Below are positions 13,180-25,605 of a stretch of 64,000 nucleotides of DNA, in pieces. The notes beneath the pieces are model-generated. The model saw nothing but the letters and a program-made list of their open reading frames with translations, was not told where the DNA came from and did not search any database. The stretch is from Amoebidium appalachense. Taxonomy: Eukaryota; Protista; Ichthyosporea. The DNA is taken from assembly GCA_963693365.1 (NCBI GenBank), contig CAVNZM010000004.1:2998389-3062388 (forward strand), read 5' to 3'. The number at the start of each line of letters is the position of its first letter. The stretch's first letter is position 1. A program made the translations under genes and the position numbers.

Positions 13180-16100
13180 CCACCTGGCAGGGTACTGGGC
13201 AGGCAACGGTTGTGCACGAACCAGTCTCGGCCAAATCACCACATGGCTCGCCTCCGTTTTGGGCCTGCACAACGACGTCCCTACGGCGGGCCTGGCTGCC
13301 ATCGGCTACGACGGTGCTGCCGTTGCAGCGTGACAGGGCATCGCACACCCATGGTGACCACTCGCCGGTAACGCAGGCCACGGGGCAGGCATCGATACGG
13401 CAAGGTGCCTCCTCAGCCAGCTGGCCACAGGGAACCCCGCCTTGCAGTGCCGGCCTCGTCACGGCCCTGGTCCTCACCTGCAGCCCAGCGGCCGTGGGGT
13501 TGATCCCGTCGCATGACGCGCTGCAGCTCCATTCGGACCATGCAGTCATGTCGCAGTCCACTGGGCAGTCCGTCACCTCGCAACCGCGGGTGGCACGCAG
13601 CTCCTCGTCGCTGGGGCAGGGGGTGCCTCCGTACAAGGCATGCACAAGCACAGGCCTACGGCCCACCTGGGTGCCGGTGGCTCGCGGGCTGGTCCGGTCA
13701 CAGGTGGCAGAACACTGGCTCCACTGCCAGTCGCCCAGCACACAGGGCACAGGGCAAAGGGCCTGCAGCGACCTGTACGGGGCAAGGTTGGTCAGCATCA
13801 CGGACACCACCAGCAGGCCGGGCCCTTCCCCCCCCCCCCCCCCCCCCCCCCCCACCCACCCACCCACCTCCCACCTCCCCCCTGCCCTTACAACATATGC
13901 ATGCACACGGCCACCTCTCCCAGGGCACCCGGCGGGAAACCAAAGGCCAGCCAACCATGCCCTCAGAACCAAACGGGGGTGCGCACAAGCCATCGGCATA
14001 CTTACGTTGGGTCCTCGGCTTGGCAGTTGCCAGATGTGCCGCATCCCAGGAACACAGACAGGCGCGTGCCAGCGACGGCGCGGAAGGTCCCCCGCACCGT
14101 GATCACCTGCTGGGAGTCTCCCAACAGCGCCGTCTCGCCATTATCATAGGCCCATGTCTGGGCACCAGCATAGTCCTTGGATTCCCAGCCCTGTGCAGCG
14201 CTGCCCTGGACCTGCAGAGATGCGGGGTCGAAGCTGGACACCTGCGGTTGCAAACCAGTAAGGATTAGTGCTTGCCACGACACACACACACACACACACA
14301 TACACCCCCTTGGTTTATGCACGGCACCCTTCTCCCTGCATGGCCAAGCATAGGCCAGCATACACTGCCACCCTCCGTATGCACATAATGCCTGCACTTC
14401 CTGCCTCTGGACATTGCCCAGGGGCCTAGACCATGTTTCACAACCGGGAACATACCACTTGTTGGGTGCCCCCATAGTGCGCCGTTACAACCACCCTGTC
14501 GGCTGTCCGCAGGTCACACGACTGGGTCCGGTTCTGGGCAGAGGTGATGCCCGTGAACACCAATGGGGTGTCCCCTTGGCCAGGGCAAGACCCAGTCAGC
14601 GTCATTGTGTCGGCGGCCATGTCGACCACCACCTCAAAGGTGCAGGTGGAGGACGCGGACTCGGCCCCGGGGGCTGCTGCTACCAGAGATGCAACCTGCG
14701 ACCTGGTGGTGTCGCCGGGAAGGCCCACGACTGCCTCCACCGCATTTGCCGACAGGAACCACATCTCGGCCCCAACCAGGGAGTTCTGGCTGGCTACCAG
14801 GCAGGCCTGCGTCCCCTTGCACAGCTCCACCTCGGACAGCTGTGGGCACGCATCACCGCGGTTCAGGGGGGGCTGGGCCACAAGGCGGCTCCTAGTGCGC
14901 GTGCCAGCATCGGGCAACTGCGAGCAAGAACAAGCTGACCAGTCGCCCCAAGGGCTGACCGTGCATGCAACCGGGCACAGATCGTACATGCAGGCCTCCT
15001 GCTCCTTGTCGTTGCCGCATGCCTGCCCGCCGTTGAGTGCAGGGCGCTGCACACCGCGTACTCTTGTCTCCACTCCGTCAGACGTGGGCTGGGCACCGTC
15101 GCAGCGTTGAGCTGCATCACATACCCACGCGCTCCAAGAGCCCATCACACAGTCCACCGCACACGTTGATGTTGTGCAAACCTGCTCCTCCACAAGCGCA
15201 GGGCATGCAGCACCGGCATTGTAGGGCTGCCTGCTCACTGTCCTGGACCGGCTCTCCTTGCCAGTGGCCATGGGCAGCATGCCGTCGCAGTATTGCCCGG
15301 CCGTGCACAAAGCCCACTCCGACCACGAGTCCACCTGCACATTTCAAATTCACGGTGAGCCAGGTCGAGACGCAGGCCTGTCGTCAACAGCCCCCCCAAT
15401 GCACACCATACCCCTTTTACCTACTCCCCACCCCACACACCCTCCCACACAAACACCCAGTAACACCCATCAGCGGCTAGTACACTGGATCCACCCACAG
15501 CAACGCCACCTATATTCACAGCCACCCCCATCCAACCCCCCCCCACACAACAAGAGATGAGCGGGGGGCAGGTTTACCTGGCAGTCGACATCGCACTTGT
15601 CCGTGGTGCAAGCCCTTGTCTCCAGAAGAGACGGGTCGCACTGCATTCCGCCGTTCTCTGGCTGCCTGGTCACGTAGCGTGTCCGCTGCGACGCACCGGT
15701 TGCCTCGGGTTGCGTGCCAGTGCATTTCTCCATGGCATCGCAGGGAGACCACTCGGCCCAGGCCGACAGCAGGCAGTCCACATCACAGGGTGCCGTGCAG
15801 GTGTCGGTCTCCTGCAGCAGTGGGCATCCGGTGCCGCCATTGGCTGCCTCCCTGGTAACCTCCCTTGTGCGCATGTTGATGCCCGTCACGGTCCCCGTGG
15901 TGCCGTTGCAGTTGCTCGACGCATCGCATGACCACGCTGACCATGGGCCCACCTCGCAGGCCACGGCACAGCCTTGGATCGTGCAGGCTTCAACACGTTG
16001 GAGCTCCTCGCACTGCCCCCCGCCGTATGCCGGCTCGACGACCACACGCCTGGTATCGATGCGGTGGCCCTCGGCAACCACGCTGGTGCCGTTGCAGGTG

Positions 16101-16334
16101 GCCAGGCAAGCACCCTCGGCATATTCGGACAGCTCGCAGTCCCGCGGGCATGCCGTGCCTACAAAAAGAGGCCCCATACACATGTTAGCATGTAGCCCTT
16201 GCCTGCTTTGTGTTCCCCCCTCCCCCCTATCCCTCCCATCCCCCCATGCCGAAAAAATAAACAAAACCCCTGTCCCCCTCTTCCCCCACCCCCCACCCCC
16301 CCATCCCCCCATCCCCCCCCCCCCTCCCCCTCCC

Positions 16335-16366
<32 letters not shown>

Positions 16367-19116
16367 ACTACACAACACACACCGACCCCACCCCATGGGG
16401 TCCATTCACCACCATCCTTGTATGCTTCCAGTTAAAGGGTCGTATCCCGCCTTTCACGCTCTATGCCACCAAGCATCAGCGCACACTAGAGTCCGACCCT
16501 TACCGTAGCACTCCTGGTAGCCAATAGTCTCGGGGCAGGCCAGGCCGTTGTTGACCGGGAAGGTGGTGGGGCTACGGGTCCGCTGCTGCACGCCTGCGCC
16601 GCAGCTGGCCGAGCACCCTTGCCACTCTGACCACTCGCCCATGACACAGTTGACGGGGCAGTCAACCTTTACGCAGCCTGTGGTGCTCTGCAGGTCGGGG
16701 CATACCGCACCATTGTTGGCCGACGCCCTCGTGACCTGCCTGGTCAGCACAGCCGTGCCTGACGACTGTGCAGCCGCACCGTCGCACGAAGCTTGGCAGT
16801 CACCAACCACCCAATCACTGACCACACAGTCAACGTCGCACTGGGCCGTGCATGTCTGTGTCTCTTGAAGACCTGGGCAGGCCATACCGAGGCTGTTGGG
16901 TGCCACCAGCACGCTCCTGGACCTAAGTGCCAGGCCACTGGCTGTGGGCAGCTGCCCGTCGCAGTTGCTGCTGGCAGCACAAGCCCATTCGGTCCACTGC
17001 CGTGCACAAGTGGTTAGGGACAGGCCATCATCCAGCCATCTCCAATGCTTTGATTCTAATGATACTTATTTGTCCCTTTGTTGCTGGAGTTGAAAAAAGG
17101 GGGAGGGGCGAGTGGGGGTGAGAAACGGGGGGGAGGGGGGGGGGAAGGAGGGGGGGGGGAAGAGGGGCAGAGCAACAAACAACCTGGGGGTGGGTGGGTG
17201 GGTGTGTGTGTGTGTGGGTGGGTGGGTGGCGGGGGGAGGGGGGGGGGGGGGGGGGGGGGAGGGGGGGGAGGGGGGGGGGGGAGGAGGAGGGGGGGGAGGA
17301 GGAGGCACGGGTCCAGTGCAAGCAGCAACATTGACATACCTGGTCAACCTCACAATGGACAGGGCAGTCAGTGATCTGGCAAGACTCGGTGATCTGCAGG
17401 GTCGTGTTGCAGGCCATGCCTCCGTTGAGAGGTTCGACCATGACGGTTCGGCTGCCCTGCTGGGTGCCCACAGCCACAGGATTGCGGCCGTCGCACACCG
17501 CACTACAGCTGTCGAAGGTGAAGGGGGTCAGCACACAGTCCACAGGGCAGAGCGTGCCCTCGCAGGCGGCCCTGTCCACCGTGACGCACTCGGCACCTCC
17601 GTTCTGGGCTGGGGCAGCAACCGGCCTGGTCCGTGTCATGGTGCCTCCAGTGCCGCAGTCCTTGTCACACGTGCTCCACTCTCCCCATGCACCAGGCTGG
17701 CAGGCCACCGGGCAGTCCTCACGGTAGCATGTCCGCGCGTCCATGAGGGCTGGGCAGGGGGTGCCATCGTGTGCCTGGTTGCGCACCACGTCGCGGGTAA
17801 ACACCTGTTTACCCTCGGCAGTGGGGCTCGACTCAACACACACAGCATCGCACACTCCCGCCACCCAATCGCTCACGGCGCAATCGACGTCGCAGTCAGA
17901 GATGCATGGGGCGTTCTCCACCAGCTCAGGGCAGGCCTTACCACCGTTGAGTGGGGCAGCCGCAACGAGACGTGTTCTGGTGACCAAGCCGTGGGCCTCA
18001 GAGACCTGGCCGTCACAGGCCTTTGCGCCGTCGCATGGGCTCCAAGGTGCCCACTCCGCCACCTGGCAGTTGACCGGGCAGCCGTCCACAGTGCAAGCAA
18101 CCGTCTGGGCAGCCGGCCCACACTCGGCACCGCCATACTGCGGGGCAATAGCAACTTCGCGCTGGTCGATGCGTGTTCCGTTGACCGACACGTTGATCCC
18201 ATCACAGACGGCCGAGCAGGCTCCCTCGACCCACTCGCCTTGCAGGCAGTCCCTCGGGCACTCGAACCCTTGGCAGGGAATGTACTCCACCAGGGCCGGG
18301 CACGGGGTCCCACCATTCTGATCGGGCACGCTGACACTGCGCACGCGCTGCTGGGTGCCTGCGCCGCACGACGCCGTGCACTGTGTCCATTCGGACCACG
18401 CTGACACCGCGCAGCTGACCGGGCACGTCTTCACGCACTGCTCCACCAGCGCCAGGTCGCCACACACCGCTCCCTCGTTCTGCGGCTCCCGCTGTACATC
18501 CCTGGTCCTGGTGCGCTGGCCAGCAACGGCTCCGTTCACACCATCGCACTCGGCCTCGCAGGCAGTCGCCATGGGGTCGCTCCAGGGCCCGACCAGGCAG
18601 TCCACATTGCACGTGTCCACTGAGCACGGAAGCTGCTCCACCAGAACTGGGCAGCCGGCTTTGGTGTTCTGTGGCTCAACAACCACCTGGCGCTGGCGCA
18701 CCTGGGTGCCTGCTGCATTCCTTGTCTGCCCGTTGCACATGCTGGCAGCATCACACTGCCACTCGCTCCACCCAGACACCTGTGAGGACAGAGTCAGCCA
18801 TCGGTTGTGCAGGCAGGGTGTGGCCGGCAGTTAGAAAGGTGACATGGTTGGGGTGATGAGGTTGGAGGGGGGTGGTGGTGTGTAAATGAGGGGTGGGGTA
18901 GACGTTAGCAGGAGAGAGGAGGTATATAGGTGCTTGTGTGAGTGGTGGTGGTGGTGGTGGTGGTCGGGGGGGGGGGAGGGGGGGGGGGGGGGGGGGGGGG
19001 GGCAAGTGGCAGCAATGAAAACAAGTGCTTGTGTGGGTATGTAAGGGTGAAGAAAATGAAGTAAGCATCTGGTGTTGGTGATGGTGGTAGTGGTGAAGGT
19101 TTGGTGTGTGTGTGTA

Positions 19117-19156
<40 letters not shown>

Positions 19157-19803
19157 CCACCTGGCAGGGTACTGAGCAGGCAACGGTTGTGCACGAACCA
19201 GTCTCGGCCAAATCACCACATGGCTCGCCTCCGTTTTGGGCCTGCACAACGACGTCCCTACGGCGGGCCTGGCTGCCATCGGCTACGACGGTGCTGCCGT
19301 TGCAGCGTGACAGGGCATCGCACACCCATGGTGACCACTCGCCGGTAACGCAGGCCACGGGGCAGGCATCGATACGGCAAGGTGCCTCCTCAGCCAGCTG
19401 GCCACAGGGAACCCCGCCTTGCAGTGCCGGCCTCGTCACGGCCCTGGTCCTCACCTGCAGCCCAGCGGCCGTGGGGTTGATCCCGTCGCATGACGCGCTG
19501 CAGCTCCATTCGGACCATGCAGTCATGTCGCAGTCCACTGGGCAGTCCGTCACCTCGCAACCGCGGGTGGCACGCAGCTCCTCGTCGCTGGGGCAGGGGG
19601 TGCCTCCGTACAAGGCATGCACAAGCACAGGCCTACGGCCCACCTGGGTGCCGGTGGCTCGCGGGCTGGTCCGGTCACAGGTGGCAGAACACTGGCTCCA
19701 CTGCCAGTGGCCCAGCACACAGGGCACAGGACAAAGGGCCTGCAGCGACCTGTACGGGGCAAGGTTGGTCAGCATCACGGACACCACCAGTAGGCCGGGC
19801 CCT

Positions 19804-19838
<35 letters not shown>

Positions 19839-22756
19839 ACCCACCCACCCACCTCCCACCTCCCCCCTGCCCTCACAACATATGCATGCACACGGCCACC
19901 TCTCCCAGGGCACCCGGCGGGAAACCAAAGGCCAGCCAACCATGCCCTCAGAACCAAACGGGGGTGCGCCCAAGCCATCGGCATACTTACGTTGGGTCCT
20001 CGGCTTGGCAGTTGCCAGATGTGCCGCATCCCAGGAACACAGACAGGCGCGTGCCAGCGACGGTGCGGAAGGTCCCCCGCACCGTGATCACCTGCTGGGA
20101 GTCTCCCAACAGCGCCGTCTCGCCATTATCATAGGCCCATGTCTGGGCACCAGCATAGTCCTTGGATTCCCAGCCCTGTGCAGCGCTGCCCTGGACCTGC
20201 AGAGATGCGGGGTCGAAGCTGGACACCTGCGGTTGCAAACCAGTAAGGATTAGTGCTTGCCACACACACACACACACACACACATACACCCCCTTGGTTT
20301 ATGCACGGCACCCTTCTCCCTGCATGGCCAAGCATAGGCCAGCATACACTGCCACCCTCCGTATGCACATAATGCCTGCACTTCCTGCCTCTGGACATTG
20401 CCCAGGGGCCTAGACCATGTTTCACAACCGGGAACATACCACTTGTTGGGTGCCCCCATAGTGCGCCGTTACAACCACCCTGTCGGCTGCCCGCAGGTCA
20501 CACGACTGGGTCCGGTTCTGGGCAGAGGTGATGCCCGTGAACACCAATGGGGTGTCCCCTTGGCCAGGGCAAGACCCAGTCAGCGTCATTGTGTCGGCGG
20601 CCATGTCAACCACCACCTCAAAGGTGCAGGTGGAGGACGCGGGCTCGGCCCCGGGTGCTGCTGCTACCAGAGATGCAACCTGCGACCTGGTGGCGTCGCC
20701 GGGAAGGCCCACGACTGCCTCCACCACATTTGCCGACAGGAACCACATCTCGGCCCCAACCAGGGAGTCCTGGCTGGCTACCAGGCAGGCCTGCGTCCCC
20801 TTGCACAGCTCCACCTCGGACAGCTGTGGGCACGCATCACCGCGGTTCAGGGGGGGCTGGGCCACAAGGCGGCTCCTAGTGCGCGTGCCAGCATCGGGCA
20901 ACTGCGAGCAAGAACAAGCTGACCAGTCGCCCCAAGGGCTGACCGTGCATGCAACCGGGCACAGATCGTACATGCAGGCCTCCTGCTCCGTGTCGTTGCC
21001 GCATGCCTGCCCGCCGTTGAGTGCAGGGCGCTGCACACCGCGTACTCTTGTCTCCCTCGTGCGGGGCCGGCGCGGGCGCCCCCCGCCGAGCCCCGTCCCG
21101 CCGGAGGGCCCGCCCCGCGGGGGCCCGCGGGCGCCGCCGTCCGACCCGCGGGGCGGCGGCCCCCCCGCCCCCCCCCCCCCCCCCCCGCCGCGCCCCCCCC
21201 CCCCCCGCGGGGCCGGCGGGGGGGGGGGGGGACGGCGACGCGGTCCGGGCAGGGGAGGGAGGGGGGGGGGGGGAGGGAGCAGCGTGCCCGGCGGCGCGGG
21301 GCGGCGGGGCTGAGTGCCGTCAACAGTCACTGTAAGCCCGTTGCAAGAAGTGGAGGCTACACATGACCACGGTGACCAGTCTGTGTTGACAACCATCAAT
21401 GATTAGCGATTTATACAGTTTGCATACATGGTGTGCATACTGGGGAAACCAGAATTATTGCTACGTTTGCTATGGCTATTGATGAACTAGTTCAAAAGAA
21501 ATGGGTTGTTAGGGTTACCAAAGAAACTCACTTCATAGTGAAAAGCAATGTTGGTAGATGCATCATAACGGGAAAGAGAAGTGGGATACTACAAGGAAGA
21601 ATAAAAGGAATGCATGAGAACTAAAAAGGGATTGGCACCTTGCATGAGACAGTCCACGGGACAAGCATCTGAGATGCAATCATCGTACTCTTGGAGTGAA
21701 GGACATGGTTGCCCTCCGTTTTCAGGATGTGTGCTTGCGGTACGACTTCTTGAACGTGTTCCCTGTGTAAAGGGAGTCTCTCCATTGCAGAAGGCCCTCG
21801 GTGCACATGTGCTCCAACCAACCCATTCAGCCACCTGCAGGGTTTGATGGTCTTAGTCAAGTTAAAAGCTCAAGTATTTTCATGTGCAAGGATGTTCCAA
21901 AACTGCACATCATGTGATCCTATGTAGTTGGATGCTAGCAACGCCATGCAGCAGGGTCGCAAGTAGATCTCACAGGAAGCTAATGCATGAAAGACACCAT
22001 ATGCAACTGACACCAACAAGTGCACCAAACTGCAACCCCGTATTTCATCCACACACCAGAAACACTGAAGTCCACTCACCACACAATCCACCGGGCAGTT
22101 GGTTACAGTACAGGCCACAAGCTGCTCAAGGTCGTCCGGGCAAACCAAGCCCCCGTATTGGGGCTCTTGGATAACTTGGCGTGTCCACTTCTCAAGCCCA
22201 TTAGCCATTGACTGGGTGCCCGGACAGTCAGCCACACATGGACCGTGGACCCAGTCACTGACTGCGCAATCACGTGGACAGCGGATACCATTGCACACTC
22301 GATTCTCCTTGAGACTGCCACACTCCGCACCGTCAGCATGTTGAGGTCGCACAACATTTCGGGTGCGAGATTCGAGACCTTGTCCGCATGACTGAGTGCA
22401 TGCACTCCAGCTCGACCACTCATCCATCAGACAGTCAACAGCACAATCAAGTTTGCATGTGAAGTTGCCTTCCAAAGTTGGGCACTGCTGACCACCATAT
22501 TGCGGCGCAATCACGACGACACGTGTTGCTAACTGGTAGCCCGAGGACACCGGTGACACTCGATCGCATGACACTTGGCAATCCGACATATTCCATGCCG
22601 ATACCTGCAGGTTGAGTTCAATTGGTGAGCCACAAACTGAAGGAGAAGGGGAAAGGATACCGCCTTTGTGATCCAAACAAAAGAAAACTTAAGGTTAGAC
22701 TAGAAGCATGTATTGTTGGGTGGGTGGAGGGAGGGAGGGACGGAGGGGGAGGGAGG

Positions 22757-22790
<34 letters not shown>

Positions 22791-25427
22791 ACCACGTGGG
22801 TGGGTGGGTGGGTGGGTGGGTGGGTGGGTGGGTGGGTGGGTGGGTGGGTGGGAGGGAGAGAGGGAGGGAGAGAGGGAGGGCCACCAGGTGGGCTGGTGGG
22901 CTGGTGGGCTGGTGGGTGGGTGGGTGGGTGGGTGGGTGGGTGGGTGGGTGGGTGGGAGGGAGGGAGGGAGGGAGGGCCACCACGTGGGTGGGTGGGTGGG
23001 TGGGTGGGTGATTGGGAGAGAGGGAGGGAGAGAGGGAGGAGGGAGTAGGGAAGAAGGGGTCGGGGTGGGGGGGTGGGAGGGGGAAGGGGGGAAGGGGGGG
23101 GGGGGAGGGGGGGGGGGGGGGGGGGGGGAAGGAAGGGGTAGGGGGGAGGGGGGGGGGGGGGGGGAGGCATGGAGGAGGGACACTCACTGTGCAATCAACT
23201 GGGCACTCCAACCCAATGCAAGGTGCCTCCTCAAACGAGGGACCACAGCTGCGGCCGTTTGCATGGCTTGGTCGTTCTGTCTTGCGCTGCCGTGTTGTCA
23301 GTCCCTGGCCGCATGCACTGGAACAAGAGCTCCAGTCACTCCATGCGGATTGGAGGCAGTCCAAGTCACACTCCACCGCACAGTCCAGAACACGGTTGAT
23401 GTTTTCTCCTTCCAACAGAGAGGTGGTGCCGTCACAAAGGGCGCCGCCGTACTTGGGGGATTGCAGAATTGGTCTAGTTTCGAGCAGAGTACCCGCCACC
23501 ACCGGTGCCATACCGTCACATGTAGCCTGGCAAGAGGACAAGGAAGGTGGTCCAACAATGCAATCTACGGGGCACTGCATGCCCGTGCAGGATTGGCTCT
23601 CGTCCTGCGGAACAGGGCACCTAAGGCCGTTGCCGTTGGCAAGCTGAGTGGTGACCCAGTGCCGAGTTTGTTGCCCGGTACCACATGATGCCGAGCATGT
23701 TTGCCAATCGGTCCAGTAGCCCACGCAGTCCACCGGGCAATCACTTGTCACACAGGGACCTACATTAACGAGTGATGGGCAAGGCTCCCCACCGTTTGCC
23801 GATGGCGTAATTACCATTCTCTCTTGCTTTTGGGTGCCAGATGAAGAAGGTGTGACACCGTCGCAACGACGCAGGGCATCGCACCCATACCAATCGCTCC
23901 AGGTGCTCACCACACAGGGCACCGGGCAGGATGAATACTCGCACGTGTCCCCTTCAGATAGGGTTGGACAAGGGGCTCCGCTGTTTTCAGGAGGAACAAC
24001 TATGACGCGATTTCTCATGGTCTTGCCAACCGATTTGGTGGTAGCACCGTCACAGTTGTCCGGAGCGTCGCAAGCCCATGAGGACCATGCGGACACCTGA
24101 TCGATGAAACATAGGTCAGCAACTCGACATCACCAAAGCCCTACCCCAATTCGTTTTAGACCTCCTCCCCCCCCCCCCTCCCCCCTCCCATCTTTCCTTA
24201 CTTTCCCTCCCTTTCCACAATAAACAAACAAGCAGCCATCCCCAGATTGTCATGCGAATGACTATCAAAGTATCCACCAGCAAGTAGGAAAGGTATAAGT
24301 TGCCAATAAGTTGATCGTTTTGTTCCCTACAGAAGGGCCTAAGGCAGGAGGGATAACAAACCATACCTGGCAATCGACGGGGCAGGCTGTAATATTGCAG
24401 GGCTGGGATTGCTGAAGCATGCTGGTGTCAGTAGGGCACGCGACTCCGCCATTTTGTGCGGTAACGAGGACAACTCTTGAAGCCATGATTGTGCCTGTTG
24501 CTGTTGTTGACAGCCCATCACAGGATGCAGAGCAGTTGCCCCAGACCCAGTCACTCAACTAGAGGTGAAAAGATCAGTTACACGAAAAGGGCCATGACCT
24601 CATTACAGAGAAACTCCGAGCCAACACCTGGGTTGGAGGGCACCCTTTTTTTTTTTTCTTCTTTTTTTTTTACTTGTTTTTTTTTTTGTGTGTGTAAAGG
24701 GTGGCGGCGGGCGGGGGGGGGGGGGGGGGGGGGGGGGGGAGGGGGGGGGGGGGGGGGGGATCATGGAAAATCACACGGCATCTGGGGACACACTACTGAC
24801 GACGGGGAAGTGCAAGCATTGAGGGATAAAGAGGGGGTTCTATTGGCTGCTTTAAAGTCTATACTGGGTGCTGTGGATGTGCCCAGTTACCTGGCATTTA
24901 ACTGGGCAGCGTGTACCCTCACAAGCCTCGACATCCTCCAATACTGGGCATGGCGATCCCTCGTTTACTCTATCTCTGATGACAGTGCGCACGCGAGCTC
25001 TGGCGCCACCTTGACCACAGTCCACAGAGCAGCTTGTCCACTCTGCCCATTCTGTGACTGCAACAAGGTGTGTATAATTTAATCGTCCTATTTGATGATT
25101 CATAACTGCGAAAGTTCGATTCTAATTCCTGTTTTTAGCACGAGTTTTGTGTATCTTATCATAGTAATACCACACTTTTGCTAACACATGCGAGAACGTG
25201 TTGTGGTCTTGTTATATCTTTTCGAATGTCAGATCAGCACAGCTGAAAAACGGCCTGCGAGTGGAGGGGCGGGAGGAGGGGGGGGGGGGGGGGGGGGGGG
25301 GGTGCATTCGTGGGTTAGATTGACGGAAGTGCAGACATCTAAAGGCAAATCACAAAACGCCATAAAATTATTAAAACCAGCGACAAAATTAAACTTATAA
25401 AAAGGGGTGTGGGTATGTGTGTAGTGT

Positions 25428-25461
<34 letters not shown>

Positions 25462-25573
25462 TGAATGGGTGAGGGAGGGTGTGGGTGGGTGGGTGGGTGG
25501 GTTTGAGCGGGAGGGGGAGGATGTGTGTGTGTGTGTGTGTGTGTGTGGAAGGTTGGGTGGGTTTGAGAGGGTG

Positions 25574-25605
<32 letters not shown>

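Larger units (their letters stand above)
1..21055. repeat. Intragenic tandem duplication (megasatellite) of a ~5.96-5.99 kb six-exon block, at least 3.5 copies
   Basis: The sequence at position 1 (ggcaggccttaccaccgttg) recurs at 5957, 11939 and 17930. Exons and introns are near-identical, and unit length differs mainly in homopolymer runs. Homology ends at ~21055. Confidence 0.97.

Noticed and set aside
18-20922. Many long plus-strand ORFs (e.g. 5229-6431, 10938-12413, 17112-18404) as separate genes
   Set aside because: They are antisense shadows of GC-rich TSP1 exons, lack recognisable motifs and run through homopolymer introns.
1-21055. 6-kb unit as a tandem retrotransposon or as separate tandem genes
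   Set aside because: There is no RT, integrase or LTR, and no start, signal peptide or stop within a unit; exons splice in frame from one unit to the next.
21056-21310. GC segment as a canonical intron or rRNA expansion segment
   Set aside because: It has no GT/GC donor at the boundary and no flanking rRNA core sequence.
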